NCBI RefSeq assembly: GCF_964204865.1
Contig: NC_135251.1
Span: 9,486,001 to 9,550,000, forward strand
Origin: Styela clava
Lineage: Eukaryota
Direction: 5' to 3'
Length of the DNA: 64,000 bases
Under the pieces are notes generated by a model that saw only the letters and a list, made by a program, of their open reading frames with translations, made no database searches and was not told the origin of the DNA. The translations under genes and the position numbers were made by a program. The stretch's first letter is position 1; the number at the start of each line of letters is the position of its first letter. Positions 48,501 to 59,560 of the stretch are shown in pieces.

Positions 48501-51500
48501 TCAAATGACTCGCCATTCTCTCGCAACCTAATTTGATTAGCACGGGAGAGAGGCTATTTTATACACTTTAAGCCGATTTACTCAATTTCACCACCTCCGA
48601 GTGAAATGTAAATATCTTAACATAATATGCCACCACACCAGCTCGATATAACCTAGTGATTTTTTAACAAACGCGTATCATTCGACGGACATAACATATA
48701 GAATTAATTACGTGTATTTTATTAATAATTTAAATCAGATGTGTGACTACCATCCATAATTTCCGGAAACTTATCTCCAATTTTATAATTTAAAAAAATC
48801 ATAATGGAGTATTGTTATTTAGTTGGTTCTGTAAACAATATACGAAGATAAATATTTCAGTTTCTTACTTTCTCATCGGAGGTACAGCGTATCCAAAGTC
48901 GGTATGAACTAGAGGCTCCTGTGATCGTTTTCTCCAGTTGAGTATGGACTGCAATTCCTCATCTTGTTTTTGTTGTCTTGAAGGCTGACGGCGCGGCTCA
49001 TCTTCATATTGCTGATGGCGAACAGAGCGCTGTTGATGTTGACGAGATGTTTCTATATCTACGTCATCGTATGTTTCATTGTACTGAAATAGATTTATTT
49101 TCGTAAAACGGCGACGATTAGAAAGAAAAACAAACTTTGAGGAAAAACAGCTATGCGTTCGTTATAGGTTTATATGTTATCTGTTTATCTCCGTGGACGA
49201 CAATCTGTTTTTGCAAATCGCTTTCACTCATAACAACATGGCATCTGACAAACAGTTAACGAAGATTGAAGAGGTACTATTTAGGTAAAAACTGAGTGCT
49301 TATGAACATCGTTGACTACCCAAGTCATTTTGCCTTGGGTGAAGTCGTGGAAGTGAGAGTTTAGACCAATATCTTTATCCTTCAACTCCTTCAATTCGGA
49401 AATAGTTTGAATTATGTTACCCAAACTTGTTGGGGCCAATCCATTTGGTTGGGTATGCCGGAAGCGAAAACTTTTCATCTTACTAATCGCAAGTTTTGTT
49501 TATGTTTAAGTATCTGTTTGTAAGCCAATCTGTTCAATACAATAGGAAAATTTATTTATGGAAAATGTTTTTTAGGAATTTTGATATTATTTGATTTCCA
49601 TTGCATATTTACATTATTTTGCTTTAAATAAGATTGCAACTCTAAAGTTCAACATAGCCAGTCAAAGGAAGATTATATTCCCAAATGCCGATAGCATACG
49701 TCAATTAGATTTTAGCATGACCAATGCTCTTGTTGTTCGTTAGCCTTTGCTAAATGCTTGAGTTACTATAAATCGTTATTTTTGATCAAATAATTCCCCT
49801 GGGGTGAAATTAAAGACATAACTATGTGCGGATAATTTAGTTCAGTTGCTAATATTAGAAATGAAATAACATTTCCGAGTAATTATGGTATTTCTATACG
49901 GGAACAATATGTCATAGCAGAGACGTTCGTGGGCCCGATTCAGAAGCAGTATCAAAAAACAACTTTGTTGATTGAAAAACTGGACGATTTTTGCACTATA
50001 ACATTCAAGTAAACGGACATGGAGGTTTGCGTGATTGAAACGCGAAAATATTGTAATACAACAACAGCCATATTATGGTTACCGTGTGTGATATTTAAAT
50101 GTAAAAGCTAAAGTTTCAAAAAAGAGCCCTATATCAAAATTGTCGCCGTATGGCAAAACAAGATGTATATGCGACGTGAAAAAATGCTTAAATAAGGGCA
50201 GAGCTAAGCTTCTCATAAAAAGAAACTCGCGTAAGTTCTAATGAATAGCACTTGATAATTATACCAGCAACTGAGAATGAGTATCCTAAGTATCATCGAA
50301 CCACAATTATTCGTTGTATTGAGCGCTATTCTGTATATTCAGCAACTATGCATTAGAAAATTGAAAAAATTGACTAAAACTCAGAGCTTGAGCGTAAGTG
50401 ACTAAAATATTTGTTTCAATATTCAAAATAGGGGATTAAATTGTACAAGCTTAACAAAGACAATCTTTAATATTCCATTCGAAGTATGTTTGTCATCTTC
50501 TATATATAAATATACATATATACATATGTCTGTCCACTTGAAAGAAGCTAACTTTGATGTTAAATATAATACAATTCCACTCACATCATCCATCTGCGGT
50601 CTTTGTTGTCGTCTGGGTTCTCTGGGTGAAGGCGAACCGTATCTGATATCATTTGATCTGAGACCAGATCTTCCAATACGAGGTTGATATGTCGGTACTA
50701 ACGGTTCCAATGGCTCATCAAAGTCATAATCGTCGTATGTTTTGAGGTCAAGTCTGCGACGGCTGTAAATTGAATTATGCAAATAGTGGTAAATGACTGG
50801 ATAAAGGTATGATGACTGATGATAGTTTTTGGATATACAGTAAAATTCAGAGATGCAATAAGCGTAGACAAATTACGTTCGAATAGACTTTCAAAATTTA
50901 TTTGCTTGTATGGAAATGAATGTATTCATTTTAAGGAGACGTTTTCGTACAATACATTAAAAATCAATTCTCAAATTTCAATAAATTTTTCCATTAAATG
51001 CTGAACGTTATGGCATTTTTGAAAACAAAAATACAGTAGCCTTTGAGTCGGAGAAGTAAAATATTTATTCAGTTTTAACTTATTAAATTGAATTTTCGTT
51101 TACACCATTTGTTTCAAACACTATGGAAATATACGTAAGGATAACTTCACCAACACTCCCTCTCAAGAATAAGTAAACTAATTTGTTAACTTAATACATA
51201 AAGACCTATATCGAATAAACTAAATTAAAAAAAAAAAAATTATACAATACTTTTCTACGGATTGTCTACGTCTCTCCTGCATATGCTTAATTTCTTCTTC
51301 AATTTCGTCGTCGTCGGCATTGTTGAATTTAAATTGTTGTTGTTGTGGAGCTTGACTGCTCTATAATTAAAATAAAACATCGGGTTTAAATACTTCGTAA
51401 GAGTTGCAAAAACAAACAAGAGTGAGAACGTATGAATCTAATTTGAGCATAAGCATATTATTTGAAAAGTAAATCTCTTCTTGGCTGTTAATATTAAACT

Positions 51501-53416
51501 CAGAGAATATTTTCATGAGAATAAAATGTTGATATTTTTATTATATTAATTCAGCGCAAAGTTTCTGTATTGAATAAGGACTCGACAGAAATTTAAGGCT
51601 AAGATGCATATCATGTGATTGCATTACATTACTCAATATGGCGTTGGTTGCATTTAGCCTAAGATTAACAACTTCACAAAGATAGTCATAAAATTACATC
51701 CTAGTCCTAGAATTAACAAAAAGCTAAAATAGTATTGCATAGTTTCGTAGTTTTCATATAGACAAACTGGAACGACTCAGTGGGGAATAGGCTATATATT
51801 TGAATTTATTCAAAGCCATTGTGCAGCGAATTGCTTGGACTCACGTAGATTGAACAAAAATAAAGGATCAACTTACTACTCCCACTTCAAATCATTGAAT
51901 TAGTAATATTTGACAAAACTATAATGTAAACGGACCTCCTGAAGGATGCGCACCAAGATGGTGCACAACCTGAACTCAGGTTGTGTACCATGTTAGGATT
52001 CATGGTTAAGCGACATCTTGGTGCGCATACCTCAGGAGTACCATGTAAACTTACTCTATGTGAGGGGGATACGCTTCTTCTCCCAACAAGTGGAACTTGC
52101 AAAGGAGAGCTTACTAGCGACATCGTTCGACCTTCTTCTGCATCTTCTCCGCCAAATCTGAGAGAAAATGAACTTTCATGAAAATTCAATATCTCCATGC
52201 CAATAATTTAACGAAACAAAGTTACTATGGCAACGTAAATAAATTATAGACAAAAAAAGCAATGCAAGATATATTTACAAATTGGTGTAAGACTGTCCGT
52301 ATCTTTACAATGTTATTTGAGTCCAACTACCAGCTCACCAAAATTGATAGCCTATCTATATGTTATCAGTCGAAAACCGTGTGACGCAATTTCTATATTT
52401 AACAAATGCTGGAATGTAGCACACGAGGCATCAACAAGATTACTTCGAAATCATAATTTACCATTAACTATAAGAACACAAACATCCTCCAAAACAAGAA
52501 TTTTATGAAACGATTCATGGCCATAGTGCCCAATGATAGGCAGAACCAAAAATCACTAAAGACAATGAATACAAGATCACATTAAGATAGCGGTGCTCCT
52601 CAAGTACGCGCACCAAGATGTCGCATAACCTGAACCCTAACCTGGTACACAACCTGAGTTCAGATTGTGCGTCATCTTGTTGCGCATACTTCAGGAGGTC
52701 CGAGATAGCTACATTAAACAATAGTATCAATGAGTTTTATTTTTAGCTGGTTAGCATTAGGCTCTAATTACATTCATTGTAAAATAATAATAAATAAGTA
52801 TGATATACGAGTATATTAGATGTTAGTTTCGCAATTAGACAAGGTAGCGAATAAAAAGTCAAATATAAAAAGTTAATATTATGACACATGCAGCCCAGTT
52901 TGTTTACGATATAGGAGTTGCATAAATCTGGGAACTGACACCGATATCCGATCAATTTAATAATAAGTTCTGATAAGAAAGGTTAAAAACACTGACGTTT
53001 CGAAAGTAATTACAGTTTAATTTCATTTTTAATTCCCAATACGTATTCATAATCTTCTTGATATCCTTGTCAATTTTTTGGACTTTTCAATATACTGACA
53101 CAAAACATACAATAAATAACTTTGAAATAAAATCAAATAAAATCTCACCTTTGACCATTGAAAAGCGACGTTCTGGAGAGTCATAACGATTTAATTTTAA
53201 TTTTCAATTCTTAATATTCATTTATAGCGTTTTTGGTATTGTTGTAAGAGTATGCATATTATATTATACACTGATAAGCAGCATAAAATAAATATTTTTT
53301 AACGAAAAACCTCACCTTCGTGACCGTGCAAAATCACGTGATCCATGGTCTCGTGTGTAGAAAGAATATTCATCTCTGTCGTGGTGTTCACCTCCTTGGG
53401 AATATCGAACAGGCAT
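21585..53416 (-). CDS. MYOM: Myomesin-family M-band protein, full-length isoform (head-Ig2-FN3x5-Ig5-acidic tail), 42 coding exons, ~1855 aa
   Basis: Manual splicing: all introns are GT-AG and all phases are consistent. Exons 5'->3': 53416-53316, 52157-52055, 51360-51251, 50762-50585, 49083-48869, 48358-48230, 47397-47265, 46589-46438, 45652-45465, 42249-42133, 41357-41262, 40530-40323, 40174-39975, 39513-39433, 38744-38652, 38267-38144, 37624-37527, 36833-36748, 36420-36223, 35807-35677, 35311-35181, 34513-34363, 33719-33544, 33003-32883, 32544-32357, 31863-31759, 31228-31113, 30735-30579, 29940-29843, 29454-29280, 28772-28643, 27971-27893, 26785-26650, 26050-25905, 25603-25459, 25048-24897, 24568-24526, 24021-23960, 23339-23226, 22836-22746, 22560-22340, 21674-21585 (TAA). 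The first Ig (APMFDMKLRSHVVWEKMNVKFTCTVRGSPTPRVTWYKD..PGKFKISNQFGLHTLEICRASIEDSGTY..SSYATLVVRRY) closely matches myomesin My2 as I recall it. The 2 Ig + 5 FN3 + 5 Ig order is the myomesin architecture. Confidence 0.9.
22340..31228 (-). CDS. MYOM: Myomesin C-terminal five I-set Ig domains with helical linkers
   Basis: Ig motifs: AFFECIVKDPHTQVKW; ASFSCTLTRDDAKVTWSKNG..RYEIISDGNKRNLVLKNCAVNDVASY; WYHNGERV..KYEIIKDGNRRILKILNLNYEDSGEIIC; IRLYCVVAKLRDDVKIFWYKD..GTYTCE; ITWMKN..DDAGTYTCKI. Confidence 0.85.
27192..27520 (-). mobile_element. tRNA-derived SINE (second copy ~59265-59560)
   Basis: Two dispersed copies share ttaatcatatggcgaaccac..ctct.gtccggtta and gcgagga...agcaatcc; B-box-like GTTTCGAATCCC on the minus strand. 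Confidence 0.6.
27711..27846. repeat. Intronic hairpin, 62-bp arms (55/62 Watson-Crick), 12-nt loop
   Basis: 27711-27772 pairs with 27785-27846. Confidence 0.9.
29685..29806. repeat. Tandem duplication, ~63-bp unit x2
   Basis: aatcaatactaatcatcttt.ctacgtgcacactttt..aaatgacaacaa occurs twice. Confidence 0.85.
32357..40530 (-). CDS. MYOM: Myomesin block of five fibronectin type III domains (with insert after FN3-2)
   Basis: Five repeats of P..P...W..P....GY/MY.(I/V/L)E....W/F...N....(Y/F).V.GL..G..Y.FRV.AVN..G, e.g. DYVMLSWKGP..GYIIE..YFLRVRAVTRWG and FTVDGLNTGEEFEFRVRACNIAG. Confidence 0.9.
36950..37360 (-). mobile_element. Decayed non-LTR retrotransposon (CR1/L2-like) RT fragment
   Basis: Minus strand 37359-37302 reads LYFGVPQCSVLWPIMFLIV, a degenerate form of the GVPQGSVLGP.LF RT motif. 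Confidence 0.55.
38816..39040. repeat. Tandem duplication, ~117-bp unit x2
   Basis: atgtataaatagctttga...gtttttgacaataaatcaaattttaaa...tcagttgttcaaa occurs twice. Confidence 0.85.
40773..41043 (+). mobile_element. Helentron/DINE-like non-autonomous element
   Basis: aaaatttggagcagatt...gagatatcgcg + (ACAG)n microsatellite and a terminal hairpin (ccgatcttaagatcg); no TSD seen. Confidence 0.4.
41590..41722. repeat. Dispersed repeat family (also 63762-63910; looser relatives at ~9000-9290 and ~18090-18355)
   Basis: Shared ccatgggttagggttagtatgggtt..tatccgtgaaa..cataggtgcaatag.atacaggtgca and GGTTCAAATGT subterminal repeats. Confidence 0.65.
41829..42064. mobile_element. Merlin-like MITE, long form
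   Basis: TIRs as above; TSD AAAAGTTG/AAAAATTG. Confidence 0.8.
43481..43486 (-). terminator. Probable polyadenylation signal of the short myomesin isoform
   Basis: AATAAA ~73 nt after the TGA of the alternative terminal exon. Confidence 0.55.
43559..44088 (-). CDS. MYOM: Alternative terminal exon of the myomesin gene (short isoform ~612 aa)
   Basis: Strong acceptor ttttttaacag at 44089-44090 in phase 1, matching the donor at 45465. The 530-nt open frame (EKRPHAGAIEVKEYDKLPE...AEKSE*) ends in TGA at 43559-43561. AATAAA lies downstream at 43481-43486 and 43373-43378. No phase-compatible donor was seen. Confidence 0.75.
45732..46133. mobile_element. hAT (Ac-type) MITE
   Basis: TAGGTCTGGG...CCCAAACCTA termini, TTCGA subterminal repeats, degenerate TSD GACATCAC/GACATGAT. 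Confidence 0.65.
46928..47163. mobile_element. Merlin-like MITE, long form
   Basis: TIRs as above; degenerate TSD. Confidence 0.75.
47265..53416 (-). CDS. MYOM: Myomesin exons 1-7: low-complexity N-terminal head (My1-like) leading into the first Ig
   Basis: Translation begins MPVRYSQGGEHH..., continues through R/Q/D/E-rich exons, and contains FGYAVPPMRKRGDPGMAEEDENIRSVAGYIAKRKQFA. Splice phases 2,0,2,0,2,2,0 chain without stops. Confidence 0.8.
47784..48083. mobile_element. Degenerate hAT MITE
   Basis: CAGAGGTGGGCAA... left end and ...GGGCCGAAGTTTGCC right end, with GGGCC subterminal motifs. Confidence 0.55.
51932..52042. mobile_element. Merlin-like MITE, short ~110-bp form (others 52592-52701, 57950-58049)
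   Basis: Related TIRs; perfect TSD ATGTAAAC here, 7/8 TSDs at the other two copies. Confidence 0.8.
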
Positions 53417-53572
53417 CTCGAACTCGAACTTTCAATTCCTAACTATAATAATAAGAACCCCTGTAGTCTGAGATATAAAGAATGATGTTGAGAAAAATAA
53501 AAGAGTGAAGATAAATCTGAAGTTTGAGTGTGAAGGATATATGCTATTGTAGGGATCACATATTGGTCAGTT

Positions 53573-53808
53573 GGTACTCCCGTAGTATGTAAACCAAGAT
53601 GGCGGTCACCAGAACGTAGTATGTGTACCAGGTTTGGGTGAGGCCATAATTTTAGATACAAATACTACAGGAGTCATTTGGCTAGTTCCTGAACTCGTAA
53701 TAGAACTAAAATAAGGAAAATTTGAATAAAATTATGGCCTAACCCTAACCTGGTACACTTACTGTGTTCAGGTGTCCGCCATATTGGTTCACGTACTACG
53801 GGAGCGCC
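53573..53808. mobile_element. Merlin-like MITE, long form (other copies ~3265-3504, 20238-20484, 41829-42064, 46928-47163; partial copy at ~45225)
   Basis: ~75-bp TIR GGT(A/G)CTCCCGTAGTATGTGAACCAAGATGGCGG..GGTTAGGGTTAGGCCATAA; perfect 8-bp TSD GGTCAGTT; 7/8 TSD at the 41829 copy. GGNRM termini with an 8-bp TSD fit Merlin/IS1016. Confidence 0.8.
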
Positions 53809-54159
53809 GGTCAGTTAATCCCAACATATAAATAAATAGTCATGAAGGCATAAAATATGATAGTTTTGTATTCGTTCTATAAATGATATTCAGACGACAA
53901 TCGTTTTACGCCTAAAATTAAAACATTTCTCAGATCTTTACAATAAAGTCATTTAATTCGGTACAATTTTTCATAAAATTACTATTTATTATTACACGCA
54001 TATAATCACTCTATCTATGATAGTAATTTACAAAATTCCTAGTTTTCGACAAAAAGCTAAACATATCCAACCGCGTTGACAAAGGTACGGTTAACAGTGC
54101 AATTCCGGCCCCTAGTAGACACCATTACCCCACGCACTAATTATTGAACTTATCCTTAC

Positions 54160-54310
54160 GCGTTTCAGTTTTCCGACATTTCGGTGAAGCTCACTGACTC
54201 AAATGAATCAGAAGTAAAGAAATAGTTAGAAGACTTCAAACCCGCGACGTCAACTAGTCGACACCTCTGTCGACAACGGGAGAAAGGTGCGAACATCTGG
54301 TCGATCTATC
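54160..54310 (-). promoter_or_regulatory. Candidate non-coding first exon and proximal muscle cis-regulatory module of myomesin
   Basis: The ATG exon has an upstream acceptor (~53443) and a GTAAGG donor lies at 54159. Just upstream are GACGTCA (54246-52), ACACCT (54261-66), AGGTGCGA (54285-92, T-box-like) and CATCTG (54294-99, E-box). Confidence 0.4.
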
Positions 54311-57038
54311 CCCGCAAGTGAGAATACGAATGTCGCCATAATGTCTCTCTCGACTGAGAGTTACGTTGAGCGCAGACCCACATAAAATGATGCTTCGATG
54401 AAAAAGTACATTACTGGCTAGAAAAATAGTATCCAAAATTATGACCCCACCAGTTAATAAGCGAGAGGGCCCATGAAGTATGGTCTTTTATTAATTGCTA
54501 TTTCACTATGCTTTATTGTATTGCTCAAATATATTTAAACTGTCGTGGAATTTCTATATAACCGGACCATCGGTCCCTTGCTACATAAACATGGATGTTT
54601 CAATAATTCTGATACTGTCAATATACAAGTGAGAAATGATCGCGACAATATCACCGTGTGGGTGGGTGTAAAGTAAAATAAAATTATCTTCTAAAAATTA
54701 CTACTATCTAGTAAGTAGTCCTTAGTTTATGTTTTTCACTATACTGAAAGCAGACTACATGAACAAATTACAATAAATTATGAAAAAGCATTTCATGGTG
54801 AGAGGAGCCACCCATAACCTGAATTAATCAGTTAAAATTATTGCCACGAAATATCGGAACAAAAATGCCCTTTCCTATTTCAAAGAATGTTTGCAACCTG
54901 CTGTAGTTATAAACAACCTGAGCGTCTTCATACAAATACATATACACACTCTGTATCGGAATTTTGGATTTCACAAGGCGTCAGCATTTGCGCGCATTAC
55001 CTATAAGATTATTTACGGCATCGCAGCTGTTCAGTGTATCTGGCGATAGTGCTGCATTGCTATGCGACGTGAGATAGCGCTTAACCCCTTGACAACTTCA
55101 AGCTGTCCTCGAAGACTCCTCAAAAAAAGCTGATTTTTTTTCAAATGAGGGAAATTACCGATATCTAGTGTTGCAAATCAAATATTTTTGCAATTCACGC
55201 CAAGTTTTTACATCTTCCTTCGCACTATGGAACTGAAAGTTACGTTTGTGTTAGGTTTAAAAAAAAATTTATATCAAAGAGTACAAACTGAGTAATTGAC
55301 GGTTACTTGTGGGTTACTCTTCTTCTACTCTTTGATTTTATCGTGTGTTAAACTGACGATTTATCAGGTTTGCGGTGAATTTAACAGCGTGACCTATGAT
55401 GAGCCCATGCTTGTCGAAGTGTGGAATTTACATTGCATTGCAAGTTATTTGGAATGTTTTTTAATATCGCCGTCGTCGCGTTTAATTGCGATAATTGAGA
55501 TGTTAAAAGTCGGCTATGGCAAATATATAGCGAAATGTGGAATTCAGGGTACCTGCTTTGAATCAGGGGTTCTGAAACGTTTGGTGTTATGGTGCCCGTG
55601 AAGTAACCTCTATTATTTACGAAGTCTCACAATGAATCCGCCCCACAAATTTGACACCTGACAAACATATTAGTGAAGAAGTGTCAAAATATGGCAACAA
55701 GACGGTAAATAAATACAGCATTATCTATTAGAACTCATATATAATGCCATACTTGAATTAACATTACCGTTGTCAAATTTTATTAATGGTATTATTGCTT
55801 ATTTGGACATTGGCCAAGTATGTATTTTAATAATTAAGCGAATAGCTCGCGGAGCTCCTAGGTTTCCTCGAGGAGCCTCCTCGAGGAGCCGTGTGGGTTC
55901 CGTGTGGAGCACTTTAAAAATCTATGCTTGAAAAATCAATACTTTGTCATGACCTAGAATGTTTTTAGAAGTAGTACAATATGGAATAAATAAATAAAAT
56001 ATCCGACTTCGATTTAGGAATTCGAAGTGGTACCTAACTTCAATGACAACTTCTTGACAGAAACATAAAAATTTTAATTTCCATTCACAATTTATTCATT
56101 TTTTATAATTCTGGGGCTTAGAAGATTGTTTTTTCTTTGGTAACAGCAATGATAAATATAAATTTGTATTTGAGCATTAAACCGGTAAAATATTGAATAC
56201 CGTTCCTACTTCATTCATTGTGCATTATTTCATTGCAGAAATAATATAGCATGAGAGTCATGTGATATGGCTCATGCGAGTTAAAGTTAGTGAAGACCTC
56301 ACGAGTCTAAAAAAATCAATGGACTCTCATTCAAAACAAATTGTGACGACAAAACTAAGTACGACCTATGTCTAATGATAAACAAAGCGAGAATAAAATA
56401 CGGATCATGACGAAATGAGGTATTCAAATTTAGCTGATGTCTCCAAGGGAATCAAGCTACAAGTGAAAAGAGCGTGATCGTACATTCGTTTAGTTTTGAA
56501 TTAAAATAAATTTGAAGTTTACGGTCAAAGTCCAACCATATATTCATATTACAATAATTTATTACGAAATGTAATAAAATTGCGTACCGACAAAAATGGG
56601 CTATAAATTAGTTGGCGTTCTAACTAATAGGATTATTTAACGATTTTTACGCAAATAGTTTTCAGACTTCATATATGTGAAATTCATTCATAGCTGTTGT
56701 TTTCCAGTAGTGGTGGTCCGTAACTCTCAGGGATCACATTCTTTGCTTCTAAGTGAGTGCGCGTGACTTTGAGTCGAGCATTTTTATTATAAATATGTAT
56801 ATATAACGTGAACAGAATAACGCGAATAAAATATGACGGAATAACTTAGTAAAATTAGCCGAGCAATGTCTCACGGGAATTCAAATTGAACTGCTAAAAG
56901 ACAAGAGTTCATAAAATGCAATTACTTGTGAATTTAGAATTATTACTAATCACTCAAGAAAGTTTCATATAGAAATATGACGTTAGAATTAGAAATGATT
57001 TGAACGTGATGATGTTAATATTCTTAGTACCATAGTAT

Positions 57039-57289
57039 CAGTGGCGTTTATGGAGTATGGCATTCAGGGCTCGTGTTATTGGTGATGTTTGGATGGGGCG
57101 CAAAACAAGCAAAAATTAGTAAAATGATGAATTTTCAAATTAGAGATAATTTGAACTCCTATGTTCGCTTAAATAATAACCTACCAGGATGTCATTTCAA
57201 CAACAACCGTAAATAAGAATTGTTAGTGAACTATCAAGGCGCATTTATAAACTATGCCATGTGCGCTATTTCACGTAGATACGCCACTG
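57039..57289. mobile_element. hAT (Tip100-like) MITE
   Basis: TIR CAGTGGCGT; partial TSD CATAGTAT/ACTAGTAT. Confidence 0.65.
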
Positions 57290-59264
57290 ACTAGTATAGT
57301 AATCGTTAATAACTAAGACTCCGACGTAATGAGTTGGCACTATTCGCAGAATATCTTGCATATTTGTACAACGACGCACCGTGCTAAGCGTTTGGATCAA
57401 GCTTGCTATAACATCGATTTTTACCCTGCTCGGGTTCGTAAGTTTGACTTCACTGGGAGATAACTGTATGCGAAAGGGTTTTGTCGTCACAGAGTGATAT
57501 GAACCTCATGTCTGGTTCTAATCAATCACGACTTTACCCGTCAGTAGAGTCCGATATAATAAATAAATAGGAAAAGTTGATTGTGGAAAATTTTCATGCA
57601 AACTCGCAGGTCGTAATACATAACTCCGATTAAAATCATAACAAACTATTTAATTAAATCATATTATCAAAGTACGCCATTTTTCAATAATCCTAATAAT
57701 TTGCTATAATCAAAAATTTAAAGTGAGTAGCGGAGCCATTCTGTATATACAACTGCAGTACGTTTCATTGCATGTCAACCGAAATGTGTTTAGCCGACCA
57801 CATAAGAAGCTATTTCGCGGCACAATGACCAGCGCGTATTCCGAAGCAATAAAATGTACAAGTAAAATTTCGTTCCTCACTTAAACCGCTTGTAAGTCAT
57901 TGTTCCTGGATATAAAGCTGATAAGCCGGCAATATCTGTAATTTTAATTGGCGCTAAGGAAGTATTCATACCAAGATGTCGCACAACCTTAACCTGGCAC
58001 ACTATGTTCAGGTTGTGCGCCATCTTAATACGAATACTTTGGGAGCACCTTTTAATAAATATAGCAAAATGATAATAACAAAGGCCGAATATTACCCGAA
58101 TAAATACAATTCAATTAATTAGCTGTAACTTTAAATAATATGGTAGAATAATAATAGCAAAGACAGAAGAATACGAGATTTGTTTGACAATACTTTAATT
58201 CACTCGAACGCCTGTTATCAAGAGCCATAGAAACTTTCATTTGAGACCATAAATCAAAATGATATTTCAAATTAAAAAAAAAATTATCTATCTACTTTTA
58301 CCAACATCCTTTTACTTTGTCTTAGAATTGACATCATTGATATCGAATCCATTGATTTCATTATTAGGAATAATCTATAATCAGTTTACTTAATAACATC
58401 ATATAATAGAATGTCCCGATTAAGCGTATTTCCGTCCATGTTCCTAAAAAAATCGTGCCACTATACATTTTAGTATATCACAAACACACGACAACTATAC
58501 TTTCACAAAATCCGATATTTCATTATCTTTGTCTCCCTCCTACAATATGGAAAAATAGAAATTTAAATGTCTATTCCAGTACTTTTGTTTCTATTCCAGA
58601 AATTATTACAATTATATCAACTCAACATCATTACAATTATATCATCTCAACATGCATATGTCCATTCCATAACGATATTCGCTACCTCTCATTCCATACC
58701 GATAACTGACCCAAAAGGAGAGAAATCGAATATAAATATGCATCGAAAGTAACTCTCTCGTTTTTAATGCAATTTATGTCGTCATAACCAGATGTAGTGC
58801 TTGTCTGTTGCAGAAGAATGGAAGGAATTCAGATGAGATTCTGACGTAACAATCTCTAAGCCCTAATTAGGATTCGTTTTTGTGAATTACACCGAATCTC
58901 TACTGTGAATGAATTTGTGACGCACTGAATGCAGTCAAAACTAAATGCATTAATTTGTAATCTTCAGAAATCATGCACTGGAAATATTATCTAATTCGCT
59001 AGTTTTGGATAGAGCACATACCTCTCTTCAAGAATACCTCTTAGTTACTGATTGTAAGAACAGATCTGCGTATATCATTATATCAACAGAACGTTATATC
59101 GTTTCAACCTTAATCGTCGTTTGTCACTATATATTATTTCTTACAGTAGTTACAAGCCCGAATTTTACGGATTGTATTTATAAATGAGAAGACATTTATA
59201 AATAACATCCATATGAGGGAGATTGGAGAACTCATCGTAATTCTAATTAGCGTCCATTACATCG

Positions 59265-59560
59265 GGATAGAATAGGCTTTACATTTTTATTCCGGGGAAG
59301 AGGAAAGTCGATAAAACGGTTTAATCATATGGCGAACCACGGTCTCTAGTCCGGTTATGCATGGACTGGATGTTGGAAGAAGCTGTAACCGACTCGCGAC
59401 TATGTGAGCCACACTACATCAGCGAGGAGAATAGCAATCCTCTCGAACAAACTTACCTCTCACGATATTCTAACCTGCGAACCCACGCAGGTTACAACGC
59501 CTAAAATCCAGAGGTGCGATTGCGAGCGTATTCCTAACGCTCAGAACGACGCGCTGCATT
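59265..59560 (-). mobile_element. tRNA-derived SINE, copy 2
   Basis: Similarity to 27192-27520. Confidence 0.6.

Noticed and set aside
48335-48527. ORF MRENGESFEW... with an upstream AG and a TATA-like motif
   Set aside because: Its frame does not join the downstream myomesin exon, and no donor is present.
49281-49478. 65-aa intronic ORF as an alternative myomesin exon
   Set aside because: Weak acceptor and donor, no recognisable motif.
21585-53416. Calling the large gene titin, MyBP-C or obscurin
   Set aside because: The head motif, My2-like first Ig, Ig2-FN3x5-Ig5 order and size fit myomesin; only three internal Igs look MyBP-C/obscurin-like.
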